Assembly: GCA_035700225.1 (NCBI GenBank)
Contig: DASSOT010000003.1
Span: 111 to 64,110 of the forward strand
Source: Candidatus Saccharimonadales bacterium
GTDB taxonomy: Bacteria > Patescibacteriota > Saccharimonadia > Saccharimonadales > 2-12-FULL-41-12
DNA: 64,000 bases
Reading direction: 5' to 3'
Made by a program: the position numbers and the translations under genes. Below, in pieces: positions 53,553 through 63,821 of the stretch; within the stretch, counting starts at the first letter, position 1, and every line of letters starts with the position of its first letter. The notes beneath the pieces are model-generated. The model was not told the DNA's origin and did no database searches. It worked only from the letters and a program-made list of their open reading frames with translations.

Positions 53553-55913
53553 ATGTTAAATAGAATTCTTCTCGCAATAGCCGCACTCTTCCTTACATCT
53601 TATACGATTATTGTCCCCCAGGTAGCAAGAGCTCTTCCGGCCGCACAGAAACAACTTTTTGGCAAAAACATAAGGTATTTTGATCTTGGGTGCGATACCA
53701 CGGGCACAACTCCAGCCACTGGGGGCGCCACTGACCTAGACGGTAAAAAAGTGTACATGGTGGGAGATTCTATAACCGAAATAACGACGCCTCAATTGGA
53801 ACAAGCATTCAAAGACGCAGGTGCTAACCCAACGGTGGACGGTGTGGGTGGTGCCGCAATAGTACCCGAGAATACGCCCGACACTATTTTGAGCGGAGTG
53901 GAAATAGTAGAGAAGGATAAGGCAACCATCAGAGATGCGGGAGTCATTGTCGTAGCTCTGGGCACCAACGAATATCCGGACGTCTTTGAAGAACACTTAA
54001 AAGAACTATTCAACAAGATCAGGAATATTAACGAGTCATCACCTATATATTGGGTTAATACCTTTACTTCGGATGACGGTGGCGGCAACCCGGCCTATAC
54101 CACGGCTGGGGCCGAAAAGAAAAACAAGATAATAGACAAGCAGTCTACCAGACTGGGCTTTAACGTAGTAGATGTAAAATCGGCCAATATTAAAACCACT
54201 GACGGTATCCACCCGTTTAACGATAAAGAAAAATATGCCAAGACTGTGGTTGACGGTGTTTCTGGTGGTGCACCATCAGGAGGGGGTGGTGGGGGGGGCG
54301 GTTCAGGGCCTTCTTCGGTAACGGCCGGAAACATACCTGCGGAAGGAAAAGATGTGGGTGCTACTGAGTATACCGGAAGTACCGGATACAGAGGAGATGA
54401 CCTGACCACTACTTATGCTTATGCTGAGTTGGTGCCCGGAGGTCACGGTACAGCAACCGAAGATACTGCTAAAGCTATGGGCGGGCTAAAATATAAGCAA
54501 AAACTTGCCATAACTCTTAATGGCAAAACTGTAGTTGCGCAAAAACTTGATATTGGCCTTGGCGGGGGACCGATAAACGGCCACGACAGGGCAATAGATC
54601 TGCACTTTGACAAGACCGCGTCTTCACTTGGGATTTCCAGCCCTGCAAGCTGGGCCGGTGTTGTCCATGTCCAGGCTGTTTCGGACAGCACCCCTCTTGG
54701 ACCCACAGACACAATACCTACCGCCGAACCGCCTGCCGCAGGCGCCGGCGGTTCTTGCTCCTGCCCGGCCGGTGGCGAGGGGTTAGACACTACGCTTACC
54801 GGTAGCGACCATGTTGAACAAGCATACAATTTCTTTGTCGGCAAGGGGCTTACCCCTTTGCAGTCGTCGATAATAGTCGGTGTAATAATGGAAGAGTCCG
54901 GTCACGAGCTTGATACCACCGCAACAAACCCTTCTACCGGGGCTTACGGTATTGCCCAGTGGACAAACCCTCCCTACAGCAACAGATTGCCAGAACTAAA
55001 AGATTTTGCGCGCTCCCAAGGAAAGCCTGCCAGCGATTTTGCCACACAGCTTAATTTTATGTGGAAAGAGCTTACGGGGGGCTATACAAGTACTTTGAAT
55101 AAGTTAAAGAGCGTGAGTTCGCCAAGCGAATTGGATCAGGCGGTTTATGATTTTGAGGCTACTTATGAAGTTTCTGGCCATCAGCTTATACCCGAAAGAC
55201 AAGATAATGCTCGGTTCGTGTTCAGCCACTATGGCGGCGGGGTGGCGGGACCTGGCGGGGGAAGCGTGACCATAGACGGCGGGGGAAGCTGTAGCGAGCC
55301 TTCGGTTGAGGATGCTAACCTGAGCAAAACCATCACAGTGAGCACTAAGGGTAAATTTATCACGTTGCCAAGTAAATATTCGTGCCCCGGTCGTACAACT
55401 GTAATAGATTCGCGCGTGGCTCCAGGTCTTGCATATTTATTAACCAAATATGATATGTGTGCCGCTGATGGATTAGCGGACGGACATAAAAGCCATGGAG
55501 CCGGGATTTCCGTTGACCTTGCACCAAAAAGTGGAAATTCCAAAGAGGTATGGAAAAATTCAACAGAGGCCGCGGCACGAGCTATCGGCTGGTTTGGCGA
55601 CGGTGCTACAGATCCTATAGGGTCACAACACGGCTGTGCTTTCTACGACGGGGGTTATGGCCAGTGTATGCACATAATACATCCGGATAAAATTCCTAAG
55701 TGGGTGCGCTGGATCGGCTATAACGGAGATATCGACCATGGCGACCCCTGGCATTGCCAAAGTAACGGCGGGTCTTGTTATCCGCACTTGCACATCAGCT
55801 GGGACTCACCTAATGGGGATGCGACCTCGGCAACGTCAATACCGGAGCCAATACCTGAAGTTTATACATTTCCTGCCCCTGTTCCTGATGATTTGAGGGG
55901 GTTGTTGGAGTGA
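53553..55913 (+). CDS. Secreted multidomain cell-wall hydrolase (SGNH + DPBB/3D-like + phage-tail lysozyme + M15-like)
   Basis: VGDSIT/LGTNE/DGIHP; DIG..RAIDL; MEESG..AYGIAQW..QLNFM; SHGAGISVD..HLHISW; Gly-rich linkers. Confidence 0.75.
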   Translation: MLNRILLAIAALFLTSYTIIVPQVARALPAAQKQLFGKNIRYFDLGCDTTGTTPATGGATDLDGKKVYMVGDSITEITTPQLEQAFKDAGANPTVDGVGGAAIVPENTPDTILSGVEIVEKDKATIRDAGVIVVALGTNEYPDVFEEHLKELFNKIRNINESSPIYWVNTFTSDDGGGNPAYTTAGAEKKNKIIDKQSTRLGFNVVDVKSANIKTTDGIHPFNDKEKYAKTVVDGVSGGAPSGGGGGGGGSGPSSVTAGNIPAEGKDVGATEYTGSTGYRGDDLTTTYAYAELVPGGHGTATEDTAKAMGGLKYKQKLAITLNGKTVVAQKLDIGLGGGPINGHDRAIDLHFDKTASSLGISSPASWAGVVHVQAVSDSTPLGPTDTIPTAEPPAAGAGGSCSCPAGGEGLDTTLTGSDHVEQAYNFFVGKGLTPLQSSIIVGVIMEESGHELDTTATNPSTGAYGIAQWTNPPYSNRLPELKDFARSQGKPASDFATQLNFMWKELTGGYTSTLNKLKSVSSPSELDQAVYDFEATYEVSGHQLIPERQDNARFVFSHYGGGVAGPGGGSVTIDGGGSCSEPSVEDANLSKTITVSTKGKFITLPSKYSCPGRTTVIDSRVAPGLAYLLTKYDMCAADGLADGHKSHGAGISVDLAPKSGNSKEVWKNSTEAAARAIGWFGDGATDPIGSQHGCAFYDGGYGQCMHIIHPDKIPKWVRWIGYNGDIDHGDPWHCQSNGGSCYPHLHISWDSPNGDATSATSIPEPIPEVYTFPAPVPDDLRGLLE

Positions 55914-55967
55914 TTATGAACATGGCTCTCAGTACTAGGTGTAGAATAAAAAAGAACAGCGAACTAT

Positions 55968-57386
55968 ATGGTAAATGAAAATACTAACTGGCGGAAAATT
56001 GTAGCACTCTTTGTCTCGGCTACCGTGATATTCCTGGTTATAATATGGGTCAATAAGTCCTTAACTACAGGCCAAATAACCGCCACATCCGATAATTCGG
56101 AGAATCGCTTAAAGATAGAAAGGATTTTAGAAAATAATCAAGATAAGCCTTTTTCCGCGGAGGGGCAGGGGAAACTTACGGTTCACGTCAAGCCGGGAAG
56201 GTACAATGTGTCTGTTTATAGTGAGTCTGGTGTATATGGTTCCAGCCAAGTAGTCCGGATAAAAGCGCGGGAGAAAAAAAGCGTCGTGCTGAACTCGATA
56301 CAGCCCTCAGAAACAGAGCCGGTTTATGGCCAGGAAGTTGTTGGTGTAACCGTTAACGATACGAGTCTTATGTTCTTGGATTCCCTTACCCAGAAACTCA
56401 AGGAAGTTGGCCCAGACAATAAGCTCAACGATATGTTCCCGGGTACGAAAATAGAAGATATTTCTTGGGCCAAGCCGGGCCTCGGTGTTGCGCTGGGTGC
56501 AAAGAACAGCCTCTTTTTGATAAGGTCTGGTTCGATTAAACCGATTAACCCGCCCTTTTCTATAGAAAAGGGGGCCGCGGTTAGCTTAAAAATGATTGAC
56601 AAAAAGCATGTTTATTTAAGCATTGGCCGCGATATTTACTCTGGCCAGGCAAGCGGCAACTTTAAGAAAATATATACCGCCAGCGCTAGCGCGTTACAGA
56701 TTACGGCTAGTCGCGAAGCCCTGGCCGTTATAGAGTTTGGCAGAAACGAAGGGGCTAATTCTTTCCTTGTTATATCAAAAGGTGGCAAAAAAATTGCAAG
56801 TAAGGACATTGATGCTAGAAACTCTGCCTGGTCTCCAGACGGTAAACGACTCTTAATCAGCGAGGCGGGGAAAGTGGGCGTATATGATAATTCCTTGAAT
56901 CAACTTTCCTCAGTACCTTCGAATAAATCTTCCGCTCTTGCATGGATGGACAGAGACTCCTTTTTATATGGTTACGGTAACCAACTTATGATCTACAATC
57001 TCACCAACCAAAAATCACACCAGTTAGCCCTCGTGCCTGGCCGAGGAGCTATCACGGGGATTTATCCGGACGAGAATAGGTCTTATATATATTTTTCTAC
57101 TCAGGCAACAGCAGTGGATGGAAGCGAAAGAGATCGTCTTTATAGGGTGGGGCTAAAAGGCCAAGAAAGGCCTGATTATCTGGCTGGTTTTAGCATATTT
57201 ATGCCTGAACATCTGGATTATTGTTACCTTGATTATATAAACTTCAAAAAACCGACGATATTAATAAGTTATCCTTCCGCGGAATCCGCCCGGGTCTGTC
57301 GCATAGCCGCGGAAACGGAGTTAAAAAACTATAATATCAGCCCTGCAAGGGTTGAGTTCCAGTTCTTTCCATACTACGGCGATTGA
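55968..57386 (+). CDS. Membrane-anchored beta-propeller (TolB/WD40-like) protein
   Basis: N-terminal TM; ISWAKPG, AWSPDGK and AWMD blade motifs. Confidence 0.7.
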   Translation: MVNENTNWRKIVALFVSATVIFLVIIWVNKSLTTGQITATSDNSENRLKIERILENNQDKPFSAEGQGKLTVHVKPGRYNVSVYSESGVYGSSQVVRIKAREKKSVVLNSIQPSETEPVYGQEVVGVTVNDTSLMFLDSLTQKLKEVGPDNKLNDMFPGTKIEDISWAKPGLGVALGAKNSLFLIRSGSIKPINPPFSIEKGAAVSLKMIDKKHVYLSIGRDIYSGQASGNFKKIYTASASALQITASREALAVIEFGRNEGANSFLVISKGGKKIASKDIDARNSAWSPDGKRLLISEAGKVGVYDNSLNQLSSVPSNKSSALAWMDRDSFLYGYGNQLMIYNLTNQKSHQLALVPGRGAITGIYPDENRSYIYFSTQATAVDGSERDRLYRVGLKGQERPDYLAGFSIFMPEHLDYCYLDYINFKKPTILISYPSAESARVCRIAAETELKNYNISPARVEFQFFPYYGD

Positions 57387-57444
57387 CGGCCTCTTGATTA
57401 TTTTGGTAATTTATGGTAATATATCTATATTCTAGGAGTTTTGT

Positions 57445-58083
57445 ATGAGTAGCCCGGAATCTAAGACAAAGTTTTTTGACCTGGCTGACAGATATAAGCG
57501 GACAAGGGCGGGGTTGGCGGTCATGTTGTCTGCGGCGGCACTGGTCGGTGCCGGTTGTGGCAACTCGGACAATGAAACCGCTCCTGTACATAATACGGCT
57601 CCAAAACCCGCAAAAACACCTAAGCCGGAAGGCGGCCAGCCTTCGCAGGCCCAGCAAAAACCAGAGAAAGAAAACTACTCTCCCGCCGATGTCATAAGTG
57701 TTGTAAGAGCACATTTTAATGCCGGCAGGACGGGTAATGCTAAAGAAGTCTGCGAAACGGAATATAGCGCTGAAAACTGGGGTGATTACACACCTTGCCC
57801 GGACTATACGGGATCCGGCAAACCTATGCCGGGCACTGAAGGGTCTGAGGTAGTAGAGATAGACGAAGTAACCGGTGATGAAAGCAGTCCTTGCGTGCCT
57901 TTCCCCCTTCCGAACGTGGCGCCTCCCAGGGGTGAGGTCCAGGCCGCCCGCGAATCACAACCTACCAGGATAGTCGAATCACAAAACGCCGCCGGGGAAA
58001 CCTATTGTTCAGAACTTCTGCAGGACGGAACACAAGGCGGAGCCTGGAGGATAGACCTCACCAACACGGTTGCAGGCAACTAG
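57445..58083 (+). CDS. Putative lipoprotein
   Basis: LVGAG-C lipobox, Pro/Lys linker and AGGAG SD. Confidence 0.7.
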   Translation: MSSPESKTKFFDLADRYKRTRAGLAVMLSAAALVGAGCGNSDNETAPVHNTAPKPAKTPKPEGGQPSQAQQKPEKENYSPADVISVVRAHFNAGRTGNAKEVCETEYSAENWGDYTPCPDYTGSGKPMPGTEGSEVVEIDEVTGDESSPCVPFPLPNVAPPRGEVQAARESQPTRIVESQNAAGETYCSELLQDGTQGGAWRIDLTNTVAGN

Positions 58084-59141
58084 GCCAGGGCTATTATCTG
58101 ACAGTTTTGGGAAAAGTTCTTTAGTACGACATCCGCGTCGGTCGTGGTTATTATCGTCTGATATTTATTCAAAAACCTGGTCAGGGCTTTTCTTCTGGCG
58201 CCGTCGAGTTCGCTGAAAACATCGTCAAGCAGTAGTAGTGGTCGGGTGCCGAACTTTTCTTCCAGTATTTCCAGCTCTATTATTTTAAGTGCCAGTAAAA
58301 GCGTGCGGGTTTCTCCCCTGGAGGCGGTTTCCGATATCAGCTGTCCGTCTAAAGTGATCACAAAATCTTCCCTGTGCGGTCCGCTTCCGGTAAAACCCCT
58401 GGCTCTGTCCAAGTCCAGGTCCGCTTCAAGCTTGTTGAGCAAGCTCGCCGAATAATTACGTGTGTTAAAAGGGGACTTGTAGCCCATGTTCAGCTTTGTC
58501 TTTTTACCTGAGATGTCCGAGTATGTTCGGCTGAGCTTTTCATTTATCAGATCAATGGTAGCGAGGCGTTTTTTGACTATGTTCTCGGCAAGCTCGCAAA
58601 GGCGGATGTTCCATACGAACAGCTGGCTTTTGTCCAGGTGTGGGCTTTTGAGCAGGGCGTTCCTCTGTACCAGGGCGCGCTTGTAGCGCAGAAGGGTGCT
58701 TGCAAAGCCTTCGCTGATATCAGAAGAAAGTCGGTCCAGATACTCTCTTCTGGCTTGGGGCTCACCATGCACCAGCAGTAGGTTGTTCGGCTCGAACAAC
58801 ACTGCCGGGTGTTTTTGCTGATTGCCAAGTCTTTTGTATATTTTGTCGTTTATCGCGTATTCGATACCAAGCCTGTCATTGCTCACTTCAAGGGTTATTT
58901 TGGCTGTTCTAGCTTTATTTTCTTCCGTGTGCACATCTATGCGAGCCCACCCCGCCTTTTGTTTTATAAGCCCGGTCTTGCCCCTGTACGCATGCCCGCT
59001 GGTAACCAGCAGTATCGCTTCTATCAGGTTGGATTTGCCGGCGGCGTTGGGTCCTACGATTATCGTCACGCCTCCATCGAACTCAAAGGAAGAGTCTTTA
59101 TAAGATCTGTAGTTCTGTAGTCTTATGTCTGTGAACACCAT
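58080..59141 (-). CDS. recF: DNA replication/repair protein RecF
   Basis: GPNAAGKSN, QRNALL, GPHRED, ASRGE and LLLDDVFSELD. Confidence 0.95.
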   Translation of the reverse strand: MVFTDIRLQNYRSYKDSSFEFDGGVTIIVGPNAAGKSNLIEAILLVTSGHAYRGKTGLIKQKAGWARIDVHTEENKARTAKITLEVSNDRLGIEYAINDKIYKRLGNQQKHPAVLFEPNNLLLVHGEPQARREYLDRLSSDISEGFASTLLRYKRALVQRNALLKSPHLDKSQLFVWNIRLCELAENIVKKRLATIDLINEKLSRTYSDISGKKTKLNMGYKSPFNTRNYSASLLNKLEADLDLDRARGFTGSGPHREDFVITLDGQLISETASRGETRTLLLALKIIELEILEEKFGTRPLLLLDDVFSELDGARRKALTRFLNKYQTIITTTDADVVLKNFSQNCQIIALA

Positions 59142-59161
59142 GCGGTGTTATTATCCCACGC

Positions 59162-60253
59162 TTAGCTCTTAAGCGGCATTATCACGTGCAGATAGCTGTC
59201 GTCCCCCTGGCCCTTGATAATGAAGGGTTCGAGCTTTTCGTTGAAGCCCAGGAAAACCTCATCGTTGTCCAAAACATTCAGCGCGTCGATTATATAACGC
59301 GAGTTCAGTGTGATTTCGCCGTCTCCGGTCGTTTTGGCGTCTGCTTTGGCGGAGTTTTCGCCCAGCTGGGAAGCGATAGAGTCTATGCTTATCTTTTTAT
59401 CCTTGCTGTCGACGTTTACTTTGACGCTGCCGGCGGTTTCGCGGGCGAACAGGCTGGAAACCTTGGTGATGTTGGCAATGTCGCCCCTGGCTACGACAGC
59501 GCTGGTCTGAAACTTGTTCGGTATCAGCTTTTTGTAGTCCGGGAATTTGCCGTCTATCAGCCTGGTTACCAGCTCCACGTCGCCTTTTTGGAACAATATC
59601 TGTTGTTCGTCGCTGGTTACCTCGACGTCTTCGTCGCTATCATCAAGGAGTCTGAGTAAATCCTGCACGGCGCTTGCAGGTACCAAAACGCCTATCTCTT
59701 GTTTCATCGGCATAAGTTTCTTTTCTGCCAGGCGGTAGCTATCTGTAGCCACCACGTACAGATTGCCGTCCTGGGTGAAGAAGTTGACGCCCGTCAAAAC
59801 CGGTCTAGCATCGTCATTACTGGCGGAAATTACCACTTGTGAAAGCGCTTTTTTGAGTTCTTTTGAGGATATCTTCCACTTCTTGCCGTCTTTTATCTTC
59901 GGCATCACCGGATAATCATCCGCCGGTACACCGTTGATGACGGATTTGTGCTGGTCTGTGCTGATGTGCAATTTGTTATCTTCCAGACTGACATCTATGA
60001 CGCCTCCTGGCAGGCTGGAGATAAAATCCTGCATCAATCTGGCTGGCACGGTTATGGAACCCTCTTCGCTTACCTTGGAGCCGATGTAGTTAGTTATCGC
60101 AATATTCAGGTTGGTAGCGGCTATACACACCCTGTTATCGACGGTTTTTATCAGTACATTTGCAAGTATGGGCAGGGTATTTCGGGTTGTGGCTATGCGG
60201 GCTACGTTGTTCAGAGCTCGGCTTAAGTTTTCCTGGGTGACCTGAATCTTCAT
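59162..60253 (-). CDS. dnaN: DNA polymerase III beta clamp
   Basis: LPIL, RPVLTG, ATDSYRL and IMPL. Confidence 0.97.
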   Translation of the reverse strand: MKIQVTQENLSRALNNVARIATTRNTLPILANVLIKTVDNRVCIAATNLNIAITNYIGSKVSEEGSITVPARLMQDFISSLPGGVIDVSLEDNKLHISTDQHKSVINGVPADDYPVMPKIKDGKKWKISSKELKKALSQVVISASNDDARPVLTGVNFFTQDGNLYVVATDSYRLAEKKLMPMKQEIGVLVPASAVQDLLRLLDDSDEDVEVTSDEQQILFQKGDVELVTRLIDGKFPDYKKLIPNKFQTSAVVARGDIANITKVSSLFARETAGSVKVNVDSKDKKISIDSIASQLGENSAKADAKTTGDGEITLNSRYIIDALNVLDNDEVFLGFNEKLEPFIIKGQGDDSYLHVIMPLKS

Positions 60254-60504
60254 ATAATTAATCCTTTTAATTTATTTGATTAGTTTTCATAGTAAAAAGG
60301 TATGTGTAAATGGTGGATAAAAAAGCGCTGACTGTAAGAAATTTCACACTCAAGCTTTGGAAAACTCTGCGCACAAGCCGTGTAAAAGACTGGGTATAAA
60401 GAACTTTATCAACAGGAGAAAAACACAACACGCCTTTTCGTGTGTAAAAAATTTCACTTATGCACACACTTGAGGAGCTTTCGCCCACAGGCGAAACACA
60501 GTTT
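60254..60504. other. oriC, downstream part (DnaA boxes plus AT-rich segment)
   Basis: GGTGGATAA 60312-20, TTATGCACA 60458-66 and TGTGTAAAA 60441-49; AT-rich 60254-60300. Confidence 0.7.
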
Positions 60505-61926
60505 TTAGACATGCAGTTTTTCCTTTATCGCGCTTATTGCCGCCCTTACATCCGGGTCATAGGCTTGTTCTTTATTTATCTTTTCAACGGAATGTATGGC
60601 GGTGGTGTGGTCTTTTCGGCCCAGCTCGCGGGCGATTTTCGGGAAGCTTAGGTGTAGCTCGCTTCTTATTATGAACATGGCTATCTGCCTAGGCACGACG
60701 ATTTCCTTGTCTCTTTTTGGCCCCACGAGATCCTCTACGTCCAGAGAGAAATATCTAGCCGTCTTTTCTATGACCTGGCGCGCATTAAGGTGCCGGGGGC
60801 GGCTTTTCTGGTTGCCAAGCAGTGCGACTGCAACCTCCAGGGTAGGCTCCAGCTGACGCATCTCACAGAAGGCTACGAGCTGGTTCAGCACACCCTCCAA
60901 CTCCCTTATATTGTTCTGGGCGGTGCTTGCGAGGTGCTCCACCAGATCGTGCTGTAATTTTATGCCGTGTTGCTGGGCCTTTGACTGGATGATTACACAC
61001 CTTGTTTCAAAATCCGGCGCTTGCATATCTATGGCCATACCCCACTCAAAACGCGACCGGAGCCTGTCTGTCAGGGTAGGGATGTCCTTGGGCCTCGTGT
61101 CACTGCTGATGATTATCTGTTTGTTGGCCTGATGAAGCGCGTTGAAGGTGTGGAAGAACTCCTCCTGCGTCTTTTCTTTGCCGGCGATGAACTGCACATC
61201 GTCTACTATCAGCACGTCCGCGCCGCGATAATAGTCGGCGAAGTCCGTATTCTTCTTATATCTTATGGCGTCTAAAAATTCTTGGACGAACTGCTCGGTG
61301 GTTATATAGACGACGCGCGAAGCCTTTTTGTTAGCCATAAGCGTATTGCCCACGGCTTGTATGAGGTGTGTCTTGCCGATGCCGACTCCGCCGTAAAGGA
61401 ATAAGGGGTTGTATTTAGAGCCCGGGTTCTGGGCGATGGCCTGGCAGGCGGCGTGCGCCAGTTCGTTGCCCGAGCCGACTATGAAGTTTTCAAAAGTATA
61501 TTTCTCGTTCAACCCGTGCCTGTATGAGTGGGTCAGGCTGGAGGCAGGGGTTTCGACGTTTGGCGTAGTGGTTCCAGCGCTGGAACTGCCCCTGTTAGAT
61601 AAGATTACAGACGTGTCTTCCACTCTGCGGTGCAGGGAGGAGGCGGGCAGTATCTTGTATTCCACGCTGGCAGGCTTGATGCCGTTGTTCTCCAGGGTCT
61701 GGGTGATTATGTCGTTAAACTTGCTTTCGAGTTGTTGTTTTATGAACACATTCGGCGCTCCAACGACCACTTTCTGGTCGTCCAGCTTCATCAGCCGGGT
61801 GTTTTTGAACCAGGTGGCAAAATTTCCTTGCGAGACACTGAGCTCTATTTCGCCCAGCACTGTTTGCCACAATGTGGTGGTGTCCAACGTTTTACTCATC
61901 CCCTCTTTGTTCTTTTTTTCGTTCAC
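60505..61926 (-). CDS. dnaA: Chromosomal replication initiator DnaA
   Basis: YTFENF, YNPLFLYGGVGIGKTHL, QEEFFHTFN and RKDHTT; start may be the ATG at 61899. Confidence 0.98.
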   Translation of the reverse strand: MNEKKNKEGMSKTLDTTTLWQTVLGEIELSVSQGNFATWFKNTRLMKLDDQKVVVGAPNVFIKQQLESKFNDIITQTLENNGIKPASVEYKILPASSLHRRVEDTSVILSNRGSSSAGTTTPNVETPASSLTHSYRHGLNEKYTFENFIVGSGNELAHAACQAIAQNPGSKYNPLFLYGGVGIGKTHLIQAVGNTLMANKKASRVVYITTEQFVQEFLDAIRYKKNTDFADYYRGADVLIVDDVQFIAGKEKTQEEFFHTFNALHQANKQIIISSDTRPKDIPTLTDRLRSRFEWGMAIDMQAPDFETRCVIIQSKAQQHGIKLQHDLVEHLASTAQNNIRELEGVLNQLVAFCEMRQLEPTLEVAVALLGNQKSRPRHLNARQVIEKTARYFSLDVEDLVGPKRDKEIVVPRQIAMFIIRSELHLSFPKIARELGRKDHTTAIHSVEKINKEQAYDPDVRAAISAIKEKLHV

Positions 61927-61949
61927 GACTCACTATAACCAACCGGGGC

Positions 61950-62080
61950 AGGGTTTTCCACAGTAATTTTCATAACATTTCACGTTTCATTAAAAAGTTC
62001 CCCAACAGATTAATAGTTATACACAGGATAACAAATAATCAGTTAAATTGTGGAAAAAAGTAACCCCGCAGTGGATAAAC
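61950..62080. other. oriC upstream part / dnaA promoter DnaA-box cluster
   Basis: TTTTCCACA 61954-62, TTATACACA 62017-25, TGTGGAAAA 62049-57 and AGTGGATAA 62070-78. Confidence 0.8.
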
Positions 62081-62229
62081 ACCCCTGATTGTTGGCAATA
62101 ACATTGTCAAAACTACTGCGAAACCAAAAACCTTTTCCAATTCTTATGAACATGTGTTAAGTTGCCAAACCCCGCGCTATTAGCTAATATTTATTAACGC
62201 ATTTAACTAAATAAACCTTAAGGAAAACG

Positions 62230-62367
62230 ATGCCCAAAAGGACATTTCAGCCAAAGAAACGCAAGCGCTCCCGCGAACACGGATTCTTCAAACGCATGGC
62301 TAGCAAAGCCGGCCAGAAAGTTATAAAACGCCGCCGAGCCAAAGGCCGCGCTAAACTTTCCGCCTAA
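62230..62367 (+). CDS. rpmH: 50S ribosomal protein L34
   Basis: Read manually: [45 protein letters not shown]. Confidence 0.97.
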   Translation: MPKRTFQPKKRKRSREHGFFKRMASKAGQKVIKRRRAKGRAKLSA

Positions 62368-62432
62368 ACCCTGCCTGCTATCTACGACCCACGAACTACT
62401 AACTACCGGCTGTTCAAGGTATCCTATTGTTA

Positions 62433-62783
62433 ATGATATCCAGAAAAAACCGTTTCCGCGGGCGCAATTCGCTTGACCATGTCTACAAAAAAGGCCGGAC
62501 CGTAAAATCCGGCCCGCTGAGCCTGAAGTACGTGCCCTCAAAGAGAGAAGATTACCGGTTGGCCGTAGTTGTCAGCAAAAAGGTCAGCAAGTCTGCTGTT
62601 ACGCGTAACAGGATACGCCGCCGGATATTCGAGCTTTTCAGGAAAAAACGGGCAGAATACGGCACACCGATAAACCATGACTTCATCATCAGCGTCTTCG
62701 ACGATAAGCTTGCGGATATGCCTGCCGAAGAACTGTCGCGCATGTTCGAAAAATTGATGAGTAGCGCGCACATCGGGCCTTAG
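62433..62783 (+). CDS. rnpA: RNase P protein component
   Basis: RLAVVVSKKVSKSAVTRNRIRR. Confidence 0.95.
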   Translation: MISRKNRFRGRNSLDHVYKKGRTVKSGPLSLKYVPSKREDYRLAVVVSKKVSKSAVTRNRIRRRIFELFRKKRAEYGTPINHDFIISVFDDKLADMPAEELSRMFEKLMSSAHIGP

Positions 62784-62909
62784 TCCTGTGTTAAAGTAGA
62801 AGGTATTGTTCTTGCCCGGCGCCCTGCGAATTACCGCTGAAAGTGCCACACGATTAGTACGCACAGTCCGGCCCGGTAAAGAACCTGGAAACTAACAGGA
62901 GAGTCAAAA

Positions 62910-63821
62910 GTGTTCCAAACCTTCGTCGAACAGCCGGTTTTTAACTTGCTTGAATTCATCTATGCCATTATTCCGGGCCACGATCTGGGTCTGGCAATAA
63001 TAATCTTTACCATCGTCATAAGGCTGTTGATGTGGCCCCTGGTGAAAAAGCAACTGCACCAGGCCAAGGCGATGAAGAAGCTCCAGCCCCAGCTGAAAAA
63101 AATAAAGGAATCATCCAAGGGCGACAGGCAGAAAGAAGCCCGCCTACAGATGGAACTTTACAAAGAGCACGGGGTAAAGCCGTTTGCTACCATCGGCACA
63201 CTTATCATCCAACTGCCGATATTCATCGCCCTGTACCAATCCGTGCGAAAGCTCATAGACGACCCGAACATCCTGTTCAATTTCTCCTATGACTGGGTAA
63301 ACAACCTGCCCTTCATACAGGAACTGCACAATGACATTTCCAAGTTCGACCATACTTTTTTCGGCTTCGTCGATCTCTCCAGAAAGGCGGTGGAGGCAGG
63401 CGGGCTTTATGTCCCGGCCCTGATAGTAGCTATCGCCGCCGCCATAACCCAGTACTACCAGAGCAAGCTGATGATGCAGGACAACAAAGACTCCCGCAAA
63501 CTCATGCAGATACTGCGCGAAGCCGCCGAAGGCAAGCAGGCCGACCAGTCGGAAATAGGCGCGTCCATCAGCAGGATGATGCAGTATTTTCTCCCGTTCA
63601 TCACCTTCATCTTCGCCATCAGCATCCCTTCCGCGCTTTCGCTGTACCTTCTGACTACCAGCGCCGTGGGCTACTTCCAGCAGGCACATGTCCTCAAACA
63701 GGACGAAGAAGAAATGCATGAACTGGCCGTAGAAGCCGAAGAAAAGGACAAAACCAAACCAAAAACAAAGGCCAAAAAGGCAAAGAAACCCTCCGCGAAG
63801 AAAAAAAGGAGGAAAAGATGA
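62910..63821 (+). CDS. yidC: Membrane insertase YidC
   Basis: GLAIIIFTIVIRLLMWPL, LQP..MELYKEHGVKP and IQLPIFIALY. Confidence 0.95.
   Translation: MFQTFVEQPVFNLLEFIYAIIPGHDLGLAIIIFTIVIRLLMWPLVKKQLHQAKAMKKLQPQLKKIKESSKGDRQKEARLQMELYKEHGVKPFATIGTLIIQLPIFIALYQSVRKLIDDPNILFNFSYDWVNNLPFIQELHNDISKFDHTFFGFVDLSRKAVEAGGLYVPALIVAIAAAITQYYQSKLMMQDNKDSRKLMQILREAAEGKQADQSEIGASISRMMQYFLPFITFIFAISIPSALSLYLLTTSAVGYFQQAHVLKQDEEEMHELAVEAEEKDKTKPKTKAKKAKKPSAKKKRRKR

Noticed and set aside
54279-54303. G8 tract as a phase-variation site
   Set aside because: It lies within an in-frame poly-Gly linker, which is enough to explain it without read data
40718-57386. Conjugative ICE or prophage
   Set aside because: No integrase, relaxase, att sites or virion genes; the phage-type lysozyme is only one domain of a secreted hydrolase
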